Assembly: GCA_963677485.1 (NCBI GenBank)
Contig: OY781964.1
Span: forward strand, 4,768,001 to 4,832,000
Origin: Armatimonadota bacterium
GTDB lineage: Bacteria; Armatimonadota; HRBIN16
Reading direction: 5' to 3'
DNA length: 64,000 bases
The position numbers and the translations under genes were made by a program. The notes below the pieces were generated by a model. The model was not told where the DNA came from. It did no database searches and saw only the letters and a program-made list of their open reading frames with translations. Positions 18,251 through 28,722 of the stretch are shown here, piece after piece (the first letter of the stretch is position 1; every line of letters begins with the position of its first letter).

Positions 18251-19303
18251 TTATGCATGAGTTCCATTGGCTAGAACACCGTTCAGCTGTGTACCTTGGG
18301 TGATATTACTTCCTGCACCCAGCACCACACCATCAAGTCTAGCAGATGGTCCAATAATGCACTCACTGTCAATTATACAATTGTTCACTACAGAATCGGC
18401 AGCTATATGAACATTTGGCATCAGAACCGTATTATTCAACTCCACGCCAGCTTCTACACGGCATCCTTCGGCTACCACAACATATCCATGCAACACTGCT
18501 TTGGGATCGATATATGCTGTCGGCATGATGGCGGTTGGGTTTTGGTATGGCAGCTTCCCTGTCAGCAAAGCTTCAGTCACATCCATCAACTGTGATGGCC
18601 GCCCCACATCGGTCCAGTAACCATCCATAGGCATTGCATAGAGACGTTCTTCATGGTCCATCAGTGTTGGAAAAGTCTCGCGTTCAAATGAAACCGGTCG
18701 GTCGTCAGGTATCAACTCCAACAGTCTTGGAGAAATGACATAAAAACCTGCATTGATATAGTCGTCACCTTCATGGAAGTCAGCGTCAGGATTCAAAGAT
18801 GCCAGCGTCTTCTTCTCCGCTTCAGATGGTTCCGTCCAGCTTTGTATGCTCATGTCACTGTCGATTACGATCTTGCCGAACGGATTAGGACGTGGGATGG
18901 GCGTCAACGCGATCGTGCAGGTGGATGACTTTGCCAAGTGAAAAGCGATGATCTGCTGCAGGTCAAACCCGCAGACTATATCGCCGTTAAAGACCACAAA
19001 ATCCTCTTGATACCAAAGCTGACTGGCTGCATTGCGGATAGCACCACCTGTACCCAGAGGGCTCTCCTCGATGGCATAGCGCATCTCAACGCCGAAGCGA
19101 GAGCCATCACCAAAGTGTTCCTCTATCTTTTCCGCCAGGTAGTTCGTGGCAAACACGATGCGGTCAACGCCGTGCAATCTAAGCTGCTCTACCTGGTATT
19201 CAAGCAGAGGCTTATTGACCACCGGAATCAGTGGCTTCGGACGTATATAGGTCAGAGGACGGAACCTGGTCCCCTTCCCCCCTGCGATGATAATTCCTTG
19301 CAT
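18251..19303 (-). CDS. NDP-sugar synthase (second nucleotidyltransferase paralog)
   Basis: IAGGKGTRFRPLT..PKPLIP, LGTGGA, NGD, YWTDVG. Confidence 0.88.
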   Translation of the reverse strand: MQGIIIAGGKGTRFRPLTYIRPKPLIPVVNKPLLEYQVEQLRLHGVDRIVFATNYLAEKIEEHFGDGSRFGVEMRYAIEESPLGTGGAIRNAASQLWYQEDFVVFNGDIVCGFDLQQIIAFHLAKSSTCTIALTPIPRPNPFGKIVIDSDMSIQSWTEPSEAEKKTLASLNPDADFHEGDDYINAGFYVISPRLLELIPDDRPVSFERETFPTLMDHEERLYAMPMDGYWTDVGRPSQLMDVTEALLTGKLPYQNPTAIMPTAYIDPKAVLHGYVVVAEGCRVEAGVELNNTVLMPNVHIAADSVVNNCIIDSECIIGPSARLDGVVLGAGSNITQGTQLNGVLANGTHA

Positions 19304-19324
19304 ATGACGCCTCCTTTGACTAGA

Positions 19325-20221
19325 CTAGCTGTCGGTGCCCAGAAGTTCGCGGACATAGTCCTTGTTATCGAAGTCCTTTAAGTCCGCCGCTGTTTCGCCT
19401 AAGCCTATCAGTTTGATCGGTAGACCGAGCTCCTGAGTAACCGAAAGAACAGCTCCACCTCTGGCGGTTCCGTCCAGCTTTGTAAGTACAATACCCGTTA
19501 TCGGCACAGATTTGGCGAATTCCTCGGCTTGACGGATCGCATTCTGTCCGGTGGTGGCATCAATGACCAACAGGATTTCGTCTGGAGTGCGGCCAAGGGC
19601 CTTTTCCGCCACTCTGATGATTTTGGTCAGCTCACTCATCAGATTGGACCGATTATGAAGCCTACCGGCGGTATCCGCCAGCACTACATCGTAACCCTTC
19701 GCTCTGGCCGAAGTGATCGCGTCGAAGATCACTGACGATGGATCACCTCCTGGCTGACTTGTCACGATGGCTGCTCCTGTGCGCTGCGCCCAAACCTCAA
19801 GCTGCTCAATTGCCGCGGCCCGGAATGTGTCTGCCGCTGCCAGCATCACTTTGTGGCCCTCGTTGGCGAAGCGTTGGGCTAGTTTGGCGATGGTGGTTGT
19901 TTTCCCTACCCCATTCACGCCAACAAATATGAAGAGAGTGGGGTTGTGTGTGATACGGCTAAGAGGCTGTACATCGAACCTCTCGAGGCGTGCAGTCAAT
20001 ATCCGTTCCAGGCCCAGCTTGACCTCGGAGGCATCTTTCATGCGCTCATTTTTAACTGTCTCACGCAGCTCGGACAGCAGCTCATGTGTGAGATTTACAT
20101 TCACATCGGCACCTAATAACGCCTCTTCAAAATCGTCAAATAGCTCCTCATCGATCTTCCCTCGTCCAGTGATGAGTGTATCGATCTTGTGAAAAAGGTC
20201 CTTGAATATACCAAAACGCAT
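19325..20221 (-). CDS. ftsY: SRP receptor FtsY
   Basis: GVNGVGKTTT, DTFRAAA, DTAGR, TKLDGTARGG. Confidence 0.97.
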   Translation of the reverse strand: MRFGIFKDLFHKIDTLITGRGKIDEELFDDFEEALLGADVNVNLTHELLSELRETVKNERMKDASEVKLGLERILTARLERFDVQPLSRITHNPTLFIFVGVNGVGKTTTIAKLAQRFANEGHKVMLAAADTFRAAAIEQLEVWAQRTGAAIVTSQPGGDPSSVIFDAITSARAKGYDVVLADTAGRLHNRSNLMSELTKIIRVAEKALGRTPDEILLVIDATTGQNAIRQAEEFAKSVPITGIVLTKLDGTARGGAVLSVTQELGLPIKLIGLGETAADLKDFDNKDYVRELLGTDS

Positions 20222-20232
20222 GTTGCGATCCT

Positions 20233-22467
20233 CTATTTTATAATCTTAAGGTTGGCCAGTGAGGCTAGCAGCTTTTTAATGCCTTGCTGAGGGAATACCA
20301 CCGTGACGATGGCATCATCTCGAGAAGGCTCCACCTTCATCACCACACCATCGCCAAAGCTGGGGTGTTTGACCCGTTGGCCCACCCGGATACCTGGCGT
20401 TTTGGGTGCCGGTTGATGGAGGGGCTTGGCAGGTCGCGATGTCATCACATCGGCTGCTCTTGTTAATACTGGCTCAGGAGTGAATTCTGGCTGCTGGTCA
20501 AATGCTGAAGGTTTGACACCAGAGGCCAGGTGAGCAGGTGTCATCATCATCACGAGCTCTTCCGGTATCTCACGCAGAAACCTTGAAGGAATCATCGGTC
20601 TGCTTTCACCGTAGATGCTTCGCAGGGTCGTAAATAGCAGATAGGCCTCTTCTTTAGCACGGGTAAGTGCCACGTAGAACAACCTGCGCTCTTCATCCAT
20701 GTCCGCTTTCGAGCTGTCACCGCGTAACAGCGGGAAAATGCTCTCCTCCATACCGGCTACGAAAACTACAGGGAACTCCAGCCCCTTCGCGGCATGGACG
20801 GTCATCAGCGACACATGATTGCCATTGGTGTCCGCCGAGTCAATATCACTGACCAGTGCGACCTGCTCTAAAAATGCAGGTAGACCGCCACTGCCTTCTT
20901 CAGAAACATCAAATTGGTTAGTGACTGAATATAGTTCGCCTACATTGTCGCGTCTGGCCAGGGTTTCCGCGTCGGTTCCACGCCCCAAGTATTCTAGATA
21001 TCCGGTGGCTTCCACCAATGTTTTGACAAGCTCCGAAACACCCACGCGCGTGGCCATCTCCTGCAACTCTGCGATCAACTGAAGGAACTGACCTAGACCA
21101 ACAGCCGCTTTGCCCTTGAGCAATCTGTTCTCATGTGCCATTTGGAGGGCCTCAAAAAGGGGTCGTCGTATCGACTTGCTCTGCACAAACAGCGCATCTA
21201 TGCTGGTCTGACCAATACCGCGGGTCGGTAAGTTGACCACCCGGCGCACGCTCTCTGTATCGCTGGGGTTCACCACCACACGCAGATAGGCCAGTAAGTC
21301 TTTGACTTCCTTACGCTGGTAGAACCTTAAGCCGCCGATCACCTGGTAGCGCAACTGATGAACCATGAAGGCTTCTTCCAGGGCCCGTGACTGCGCGTTT
21401 GTGCGGTATAACACGGCGTAGTCACGCAGTTCGCGTCGACCCTTTTGCCACTCCAGGCTGATCCGTTGGGCGATGCTTCTGGCCTCTTCGCGTTCAGAGG
21501 TCAACTGGCATATGCCGACGAGCTCGCCTTCGTCCTTCTGAGCAAAAAGCCTTTTGCTGGCTCGCTTTTCATTTTTACTGACCACATGAAAAGCCGCATC
21601 TAAAATCCGTTGGGTCGAACGATAATTCTTCTCAAGGTTTACAACCTTTGAGTTCGTAAAGTCCTTCTCAAATGAGAGTATGATATCGACATCGGCACCC
21701 CGCCAACTGTAGATCGCCTGATCGTCATCCCCCACCGCACAGAGGTTTCCGTGCTTCGCCGCGATGGTCTTTACGATGTTATACTGCACCTTATTGACGT
21801 CTTGGAACTCATCCACCAGCACATGGCGGAACCGCTGCTGCAGAATATTGGTAGCCATGCCGTTCTTTTGAAGCAGCTTCAGAGCATACACAAGCAGGTC
21901 ATCAAAGTCCAGAGCACGGCACTGCACTAACTCCCGCTGGTAGTGGTCATAAACGCTGCCCACGGTCTGTGTCCAGGGATCACTGCGAACGATGTCAGCC
22001 GGCATCTGCATCTGCTCTTTGGCTTTGCTGATGGCACCTAGAATGCCCCGTGGGGCGAACTTCTTCGGGTCAATATTCAGGTCTTTCATGATGCGGTTCA
22101 CAAGGGCTGTCTGGTCACCATCGTCATAGATCACAAAGTTGGGTTCGATGTTGATCTCCGAACCGTACATCCGCAGCAGACGCGCGCAGATGCTGTGAAA
22201 GGTGCCCACCCACATATTTTTAGCGATTCCGGCACCAAGAAGATGGTCGATACGCTCTTTCATCTCCCGTGCGGCTTTGTTTGTAAATGTGACGGCGAGG
22301 ATTTCATATGGTGAGATACCAGAAGAAGAAATCAGGTTGGCCACCCGCATGGTCAAGACGCGGGTCTTCCCGCTTCCGGCTCCGGCAAAAACGAGCAACG
22401 GACCGTTTACGTGCAACACCGCTTCACGTTGCTCGCTGTTCAAACTCGAAATATCTAATTCATTCAT
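20233..22467 (-). CDS. pcrA: ATP-dependent DNA helicase PcrA/UvrD
   Basis: AGAGSGKT, TFTNKAA, VDEFQD, GDDDQAIY.WRGA, TVHAAKGLEF, EERRLFYVALTRA, C-terminal Tudor-like HPSFG. Confidence 0.95.
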   Translation of the reverse strand: MNELDISSLNSEQREAVLHVNGPLLVFAGAGSGKTRVLTMRVANLISSSGISPYEILAVTFTNKAAREMKERIDHLLGAGIAKNMWVGTFHSICARLLRMYGSEINIEPNFVIYDDGDQTALVNRIMKDLNIDPKKFAPRGILGAISKAKEQMQMPADIVRSDPWTQTVGSVYDHYQRELVQCRALDFDDLLVYALKLLQKNGMATNILQQRFRHVLVDEFQDVNKVQYNIVKTIAAKHGNLCAVGDDDQAIYSWRGADVDIILSFEKDFTNSKVVNLEKNYRSTQRILDAAFHVVSKNEKRASKRLFAQKDEGELVGICQLTSEREEARSIAQRISLEWQKGRRELRDYAVLYRTNAQSRALEEAFMVHQLRYQVIGGLRFYQRKEVKDLLAYLRVVVNPSDTESVRRVVNLPTRGIGQTSIDALFVQSKSIRRPLFEALQMAHENRLLKGKAAVGLGQFLQLIAELQEMATRVGVSELVKTLVEATGYLEYLGRGTDAETLARRDNVGELYSVTNQFDVSEEGSGGLPAFLEQVALVSDIDSADTNGNHVSLMTVHAAKGLEFPVVFVAGMEESIFPLLRGDSSKADMDEERRLFYVALTRAKEEAYLLFTTLRSIYGESRPMIPSRFLREIPEELVMMMTPAHLASGVKPSAFDQQPEFTPEPVLTRAADVMTSRPAKPLHQPAPKTPGIRVGQRVKHPSFGDGVVMKVEPSRDDAIVTVVFPQQGIKKLLASLANLKIIK

Positions 22468-22474
22468 CGTATAT

Positions 22475-22993
22475 TCAGTGTACGGTACGGTCAGGTTCTC
22501 CACCAATCAACTTATCTAGCCAATCCAAACCCGCGTTCAAGTGTTGTTCCATACCGTTTGTAAGCCCCTCCCCCATTCCCATATCCTCTGCAGGCAAATG
22601 CAGTATGTATATATGGTCGAGGTTGCAGTTATCCTGTGATAGCAGAGCAAGCATGGTGAGTTGCCTGGGGGTAAGTCCGTGGCTATGATAGATCGTTTCG
22701 GCTTCGCATGGAAGCTTCACATCCTCAACACAGAAATTCTCCACAGCCACACTAGCGTCTATGTACACCACCTGACAGTAGTTGGTGATGGCCTCGCACA
22801 GCTCAGGGATTAGTTGATGACTGATCAAAAAACCCGTATCACCGACGTTGAGAACTGTGTGCTGATTTGGCTCCTCTTTCGTACCTAACCTGGCACATAT
22901 CCGGCGAACTAACTCCGGTCCGGCACCGTCGTCTCGACGTAAAGGGTTTCCATAGCCTATAATGATAGTAGTGGGTGTGTTTTGTCTAGTCAT
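22475..22993 (-). CDS. Hydrogenase maturation protease
   Basis: IIGYGNPLRRDDGAG, HQLIPEL, IDAS, HSHGL. Confidence 0.85.
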   Translation of the reverse strand: MTRQNTPTTIIIGYGNPLRRDDGAGPELVRRICARLGTKEEPNQHTVLNVGDTGFLISHQLIPELCEAITNYCQVVYIDASVAVENFCVEDVKLPCEAETIYHSHGLTPRQLTMLALLSQDNCNLDHIYILHLPAEDMGMGEGLTNGMEQHLNAGLDWLDKLIGGEPDRTVH

Positions 22994-23031
22994 GGCGCAT
23001 CCCTATTATGCTACACGAACTGGAATATATC

Positions 23032-23376
23032 ATGCATGAAGTCAGCATTATGGAGAGCATCCTGGAGACAGTCCTGGCTCATCCTGAAGTGCAATCCGCT
23101 CAAAAAGTGACTGCGTTGAGTGTCAGCCTCGGATCATTGTCGTCGATCGTCGAAGAGTCGTTACGCTTTGCATTTGACAGCATGACGGTCGATACTAAGC
23201 TGGAAGGTGCTGTGCTTCATGTGGATCACGTGAAGACGGTGTGCAAATGCAGACAATGCGAAGCGACGTTCACTCCAGCGGATCAAGGATACATCTGCCC
23301 TCACTGCGATGCCCAGGATGTAGACATTGTGCATGGCCGGGAAATACAGATCACATCCGTAGAGGTTGATGAATAG
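23032..23376 (+). CDS. hypA: Hydrogenase nickel metallochaperone HypA
   Basis: MHEVSI start, CxxC...CPxC. Confidence 0.95.
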   Translation: MHEVSIMESILETVLAHPEVQSAQKVTALSVSLGSLSSIVEESLRFAFDSMTVDTKLEGAVLHVDHVKTVCKCRQCEATFTPADQGYICPHCDAQDVDIVHGREIQITSVEVDE

Positions 23377-24063
23377 ATGTCAGGAACAACCAAACGAACC
23401 ATACCTATCGGAGAACCAGCACTTAAACGCAATGATGCACTGGCCGACCAACTGCGCAAGCTTTTCGCCGACCAACGGATGTTGGTGGTCAACATGTTGT
23501 CATCACCTGGCTCCGGTAAGACGGAACTGCTTAAGAAAACAGCAATGCATATCGGTGATAGAGCCAGGCTGGCAGTGATTGTGGGCGACCTGGCGACTGA
23601 GAACGATGCGGTACGCATACGGACGGCAGGAATCACCGCTATACAGATCGTCACTGGCGATGTATGCCATTTGGATAGTGAAATGGTGACCAACGCGGTT
23701 GCTCAGCTAGATACCTCCAAAGTGGACATACTCTTCATTGAGAATGTAGGTAACCTGGTATGCCCCAGCAGCTTTGATCTGGGTGAGGATAAGCGTGTTG
23801 TGCTGCTGTCCTGCACCGAAGGTGAAGACAAACCGCTAAAATACCCATCGATGTTCGCTACCGCCGATTTAGTCATTGTGAACAAGACGGATGTCGCTGA
23901 TGTGATGGAATTCGACATACAGGCAGCCCGCCGATGTATCCAATCTTCAACTCCTCATGCCGCTATCTTGGAGACCAGCGCCAAGAAGGAGACAGGCATT
24001 AATGGATGGATCGATTGGTTGATGAGTGAACTCAACACCAAACGAAGCAATTCATGCAAGTAG
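23377..24063 (+). CDS. hypB: Hydrogenase nickel incorporation GTPase HypB
   Basis: SSPGSGKT, CHLD, ENVGNLVCP, EGEDKPLKYP, NKTD. Confidence 0.95.
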   Translation: MSGTTKRTIPIGEPALKRNDALADQLRKLFADQRMLVVNMLSSPGSGKTELLKKTAMHIGDRARLAVIVGDLATENDAVRIRTAGITAIQIVTGDVCHLDSEMVTNAVAQLDTSKVDILFIENVGNLVCPSSFDLGEDKRVVLLSCTEGEDKPLKYPSMFATADLVIVNKTDVADVMEFDIQAARRCIQSSTPHAAILETSAKKETGINGWIDWLMSELNTKRSNSCK

Positions 24064-26357
24064 TTCTTACCTATTTGGGTGTGGTTCAAGGGGTTGGGTT
24101 CCGCCCTTCTGTATATAGGCTGGCTACCGAGCTTGGTCTGTTAGGTCGTGTGTATAACGACCTGCACGGTGTGGTGGTCGAACTAGATGGTTCTGAAGAG
24201 TTGATCGATCAGTTCAAGCTGCAGCTTCCCATCCGACTACCGGATATCAGCCGCATTGATAAGCAAACCTGCAAGGAAATCTCGCCGGATCATTCATTTA
24301 GTGAGTTCAAGATCATGATTTCTGAAGTCGGTCTGTCAACAGCCAACCGCGTGGTCATACCCGCGGATCTCAGGGTTTGTCACGACTGTCTGCACGAGCT
24401 CAATGACCCGCATAACCGCAGGTATCAATATCCCTTCACCAACTGCACCAATTGCGGGCCGAGGTACAGCATCACTAAAGCATTACCATACGACCGATGC
24501 AACACCACCATGCATAGCTTCACTATGTGTGATGATTGCTCCAGGGAGTATCACGATCCATCAGACCGCAGATATCACGCCCAGCCAATCGCATGCCCTG
24601 CGTGTGGTCCCCATGTGGAACTCCATACACCAGATGGTGCGTTGCTGGCATCGGAAGGTCAGGCGATGGGCATGCTCAGCCAGTTCTTAGTTAGCGGATG
24701 CGTTGTGGCCTTGAAAGGACTCGGCGGATACCAACTGGTTTGTCGTGCTGATGACCGTGAAGCGGTGAACCGGCTTCGCATACGCAAACATCGTGAAGCC
24801 AAGCCGTTAGCCGTGATGGTAAGCAATACTGAAGAGGCACATCGTATCGCAATTATCAGTACCAGTGAAGAGGCATTACTACAATCACATATCGCACCGA
24901 TTGTGCTTCTCTCACCACAGCATGGCTGCGCACTGGCCCCGAATGTCTCCGCAGACAGCCCAAGTGTTGGCGTCATGCTGCCAACTACCCCCTTACATCA
25001 GGTGCTGATGCAGGCGGTGAAGTTCCCAATAGTATGCACCAGTGCCAACATCAGTGACGAACCGATCTGCATAGACGATGATGAAGCCTACCAAAGACTT
25101 GGCAAGATCGCAGACTATTTCCTGACCCATAACCGCCCGATCTTGCGTCACTTGGATGACAGTGTGGCTATGGTGGTGGACGATCGCGTGATTTGGCTGC
25201 GTTCGTCCAGAGGACTCGCTCCAGTCACAGTGGAGTCAGCCACATGGCAGCAATCTATGGTGGGTCTGGGCGGGCACATGAAAAACAGCCTGACTATCAT
25301 CACCCCGCCGCGGAGTACTACTACGCAGTATCTGGGTGATATGGACACCGTGAAGAGCCGTGATGCCCAACGCTTCGAACTTGACAGATTACACGAACTG
25401 TATCCACTGGATCATCAGCCGCTGGTAATTGGAGATATGCATCCAGACTACCATACACCCATTCAGCCCACACACCGTGTCCAACACCATCACGCACATA
25501 TCGCCTCTGTGGTTCTGGAAAATGGCCGTCCGCTTCCTGCGTTTGGCGTTTGCTGGGATGCGACTGGATATGGGCTTGATGGCACCATCTGGGGTGGTGA
25601 AGCACTGGAGATCACACCAAAGCAAACCATCCGTCGTGCTCATTTCCGGAGCTTTCCCCTGCTCGGAGGGGACCAGGCAGCCAAACAGACCTGGCGTCCC
25701 CTACTGGGTATGTTAAGTGAGATTCATCTGGACAACGGCGAACCACCCGAATACGGCAGGTTCGCCGGGATATCGGAACCGCAGGCAAAGATGCTCATAC
25801 AGGCCATCAGAAGCGGATCACCAGCCCGCTGCAGCTCGGTGGGGCGGATGTTTGATGCCATGGGCTGCCTGCTTCATGTCGATCAAGGTAACCGGTTCGA
25901 GGGTGACACTCCGATGCGGCTGCAGATGCTAGCCGAGCGACAGACCAGCACGGTTAAGCTGCCGGTGGAAGTCACAACGACTGAAACATCAATGGCCTGG
26001 ACCATCTATGGTGAACTGAGCCAAATCTCAGAGCCCGGTATCCAAATTGACTGGGAACCTATGCTGAAGACCGTGATGCAACTATCGTGCTCTGGAGTGC
26101 CTGACACCGTTCTGGCACGCTCTTTTCACAAATGGCTGGTGGATTGTTTACTTGAAATCACTTCCCATATTCAGCACAATGAAATAGTGATATGCGGTGG
26201 GTGTTTCCAAAACAGGCTGCTTACCGCAATGACAATCGAGGCACTCAGATCAGTTAATAAGTCTGCACTAATGCCCATCAATCACCCCATGAACGACGGC
26301 GGTTTGTCTCTAGGGCAATGCGCCGCGGTCACACTATCGAATTACGAGACGGAGTAG
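24054..26357 (+). CDS. hypF: Carbamoyltransferase HypF
   Basis: GVVQGVGFRP acylphosphatase domain, zinc fingers, KGLGGY, QHHHAH, NDGGLSLGQ. Confidence 0.95.
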   Translation: MQVVLTYLGVVQGVGFRPSVYRLATELGLLGRVYNDLHGVVVELDGSEELIDQFKLQLPIRLPDISRIDKQTCKEISPDHSFSEFKIMISEVGLSTANRVVIPADLRVCHDCLHELNDPHNRRYQYPFTNCTNCGPRYSITKALPYDRCNTTMHSFTMCDDCSREYHDPSDRRYHAQPIACPACGPHVELHTPDGALLASEGQAMGMLSQFLVSGCVVALKGLGGYQLVCRADDREAVNRLRIRKHREAKPLAVMVSNTEEAHRIAIISTSEEALLQSHIAPIVLLSPQHGCALAPNVSADSPSVGVMLPTTPLHQVLMQAVKFPIVCTSANISDEPICIDDDEAYQRLGKIADYFLTHNRPILRHLDDSVAMVVDDRVIWLRSSRGLAPVTVESATWQQSMVGLGGHMKNSLTIITPPRSTTTQYLGDMDTVKSRDAQRFELDRLHELYPLDHQPLVIGDMHPDYHTPIQPTHRVQHHHAHIASVVLENGRPLPAFGVCWDATGYGLDGTIWGGEALEITPKQTIRRAHFRSFPLLGGDQAAKQTWRPLLGMLSEIHLDNGEPPEYGRFAGISEPQAKMLIQAIRSGSPARCSSVGRMFDAMGCLLHVDQGNRFEGDTPMRLQMLAERQTSTVKLPVEVTTTETSMAWTIYGELSQISEPGIQIDWEPMLKTVMQLSCSGVPDTVLARSFHKWLVDCLLEITSHIQHNEIVICGGCFQNRLLTAMTIEALRSVNKSALMPINHPMNDGGLSLGQCAAVTLSNYETE

Positions 26358-26366
26358 ATCAGAAAA

Positions 26367-26621
26367 ATGTGTTTGGCCGTACCTGGCAAGTTAGAAAGTG
26401 TCAATGATCAATCCGATCTGCTAAGAATGGGTGTGGTTGATTTCAACGGAACCAAGCGTGAGGTCAGCCTTGCCTTTGTTCCCGATGCGGTGGTTGGTGA
26501 CTGGCTGCTGGTGCATGTTGGTGCCGCGATTGGGATAGTGGACGAAGAGGAAGCCCAGCAAACCTTGGCAGACTACCAAACCCTGCTTCAAGCGGAAGAG
26601 AGCTTCAATGGCCCTCAGTAA
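26367..26621 (+). CDS. hypC: HypC chaperone
   Basis: MCLAVPG, LVHVG. Confidence 0.95.
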   Translation: MCLAVPGKLESVNDQSDLLRMGVVDFNGTKREVSLAFVPDAVVGDWLLVHVGAAIGIVDEEEAQQTLADYQTLLQAEESFNGPQ

Positions 26622-27705
26622 GGCGCAGCTTAAGGACGCCCAGGTCGTAAAAAGCCTCGTTGGCAAGATACGCCAGCTCCCAGGTCAGTTTCAGATCATG
26701 GAAGTGTGCGGCGGTCAGACACACAGCATTGTCCGCAATGGAATAGACCAACTTCTGGATGGCATAGTCACCCTTCTGCATGGCCCAGGATGCCCTGTTT
26801 GCGTGACCCCCTCGCACGTAATCGACCAGGCGATTCAGATTGCTCAGATACCCAACACAATCATCTGCACATATGGCGACATGATGCGTGTAGCTGGCTC
26901 CGGCCTCGACTTGCTGGCCATGAAGGCCAGAGGTGCTGATGTGCGCATCATCTATTCAGGCATGGAAGTGCTGACGATCGCGGAGCAAAACGCGGAGCAT
27001 CAAGTGGTGTTTTTCGGTGTAGGGTTTGAAACCACCTCACCCATGCATGCGGCATTAGTGCTGATGGCAGAGCAGCGGCATCTCACCAACATATCGTGGT
27101 TATTCTCCCACTACCGTGTGCCGCCGGTTCTTGAGGCGTTACTCTCACAGTCCGACTGTCCGGTGCAAGGTTTCCTCGCGGCGGGTCATGTGTGTACGGT
27201 GATGGGCACTTGGGAATACGAAGCCATATGTGAAAAGTATCACATACCTATTGCTGTGTGTGGGTTTGAACCCGTTGAGATACTGAGTGCCAGCTACTCG
27301 TTATGCCAGATGATAGCCAAAGGTGAGGCTGGAGTCAGTAACGACTACAAGACCGTAGTGAAGCCTGAAGGTAACGAGCGGTCTCAGCAGATTCTGTCAC
27401 AGGTATTTGATGTCTGCGACCAACCGTTCCGAGGGATTGGAACCATCCCTGCGGCTGGGTTTGAACTGAAGCAAGAGTATAGACATCTCGATGCCAGGCA
27501 TCGTTTCGCGATACAGATTGTGGAGACGGAACCATTCACTGGCTGTCAAGCCGGTGAGGTGTTACGTGGCCGGATCAAGCCAAACCAGTGTCCCCTCTTC
27601 GGCGTTACATGTGACCCAGATAGGCCAAAAGGCGCCCCTATGGTGAGCGGAGAAGGTGCCTGTGCCGCGTATTATCGCTACCGACGTATTGAGGTGTTGC
27701 TTTGA
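26608..27705 (+). CDS. hypD: Hydrogenase formation protein HypD
   Basis: MEVCGGQTH, GPGCPVC, GFETT, MVSGEGACAA. Confidence 0.96.
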   Translation: MALSKAQLKDAQVVKSLVGKIRQLPGQFQIMEVCGGQTHSIVRNGIDQLLDGIVTLLHGPGCPVCVTPSHVIDQAIQIAQIPNTIICTYGDMMRVAGSGLDLLAMKARGADVRIIYSGMEVLTIAEQNAEHQVVFFGVGFETTSPMHAALVLMAEQRHLTNISWLFSHYRVPPVLEALLSQSDCPVQGFLAAGHVCTVMGTWEYEAICEKYHIPIAVCGFEPVEILSASYSLCQMIAKGEAGVSNDYKTVVKPEGNERSQQILSQVFDVCDQPFRGIGTIPAAGFELKQEYRHLDARHRFAIQIVETEPFTGCQAGEVLRGRIKPNQCPLFGVTCDPDRPKGAPMVSGEGACAAYYRYRRIEVLL

Positions 27706-28718
27706 ATTGCGCCTTACCCTACCAGGAACGTAACATCATCACCCTGGCCCATGGCGGCGGCGGGCGTGTGTTCCACCAACTGCTGGCCGGTGAAATATCC
27801 AGCCGGTTCCCTAAAGGCTCAGGGCATGATGCGGCCACATTCCCCACCTCAGGCAACTGGGCGATGACCACAGATTCGTATGTCATCACCCCGCGGATAT
27901 TCCCGGGTGGCGATATCGGTAAGCTGGCGGTCTGTGGCTCGGTGAACGACCTAGCCATGGGTGGTGCCAAGGCGAAATACCTGACACTTGGACTGATCAT
28001 CGAAGAAGGGCTGCCGATGGATGAATTGCGGATTATCCTGGACAGCATCGCCAGCACCTGCGCTCGAGCTGATGTGGACATCATCACAGGCGATACCAAG
28101 GTCGTGGACCGCGGCCGTGGAGACGGTCTTTACATCAACACCACAGCGGTCGGCGAGGTGCTCTCCCATCACTTCGTTCATCCGAACCAGGTGAAACCCG
28201 GTGATGTGGTCATCGTGAGCGGAGATGTCGGCAGGCATGGTGCAGCAGTAATGGCTAGCCGCCAATCACTGCAGTTCGACAGCGAGATCACCAGCGATTG
28301 CGGGTTATTGCATGAGACCGCCCTGGAGCTTTGCCAGTCCCTGGAAGTGCATTGCATGAGGGACCTGACTCGCGGCGGCCTTGCCAGTGCGCTGATTGAA
28401 GTGGCACAAGAGTCAGGCACGGGCACGTCCATTTCCGAGGAGCTGATCCCGGTCACTGAGCACGTTGCATCCTTTTGCGATATATTAGGATTAGATCCCG
28501 TCTATGTGGCCAATGAAGGCCGCTTTGCGGTGTGGCTGCCAGCTTCTGAGGTCGATCAAGCGTTAAAAATCATGCATCACCATGAGATATCATCTGGTGC
28601 CTGCGTCATCGGGGATGTTAGGCAGACAACAGCCTACCCTGTCACAATGGTCACACCGTATGGCACCCATCGCCCGCTGGACATGATGAGCGGCGAGCAA
28701 CTCCCAAGGATTTGTTAA
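27702..28718 (+). CDS. hypE: Carbamoyl dehydratase HypE
   Basis: HGGGG, TTDSYV, GDTKVV, RDLTRGG, C-terminal PRIC. Confidence 0.96.
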   Translation: MNCALPYQERNIITLAHGGGGRVFHQLLAGEISSRFPKGSGHDAATFPTSGNWAMTTDSYVITPRIFPGGDIGKLAVCGSVNDLAMGGAKAKYLTLGLIIEEGLPMDELRIILDSIASTCARADVDIITGDTKVVDRGRGDGLYINTTAVGEVLSHHFVHPNQVKPGDVVIVSGDVGRHGAAVMASRQSLQFDSEITSDCGLLHETALELCQSLEVHCMRDLTRGGLASALIEVAQESGTGTSISEELIPVTEHVASFCDILGLDPVYVANEGRFAVWLPASEVDQALKIMHHHEISSGACVIGDVRQTTAYPVTMVTPYGTHRPLDMMSGEQLPRIC

Positions 28719-28722
28719 AGGA

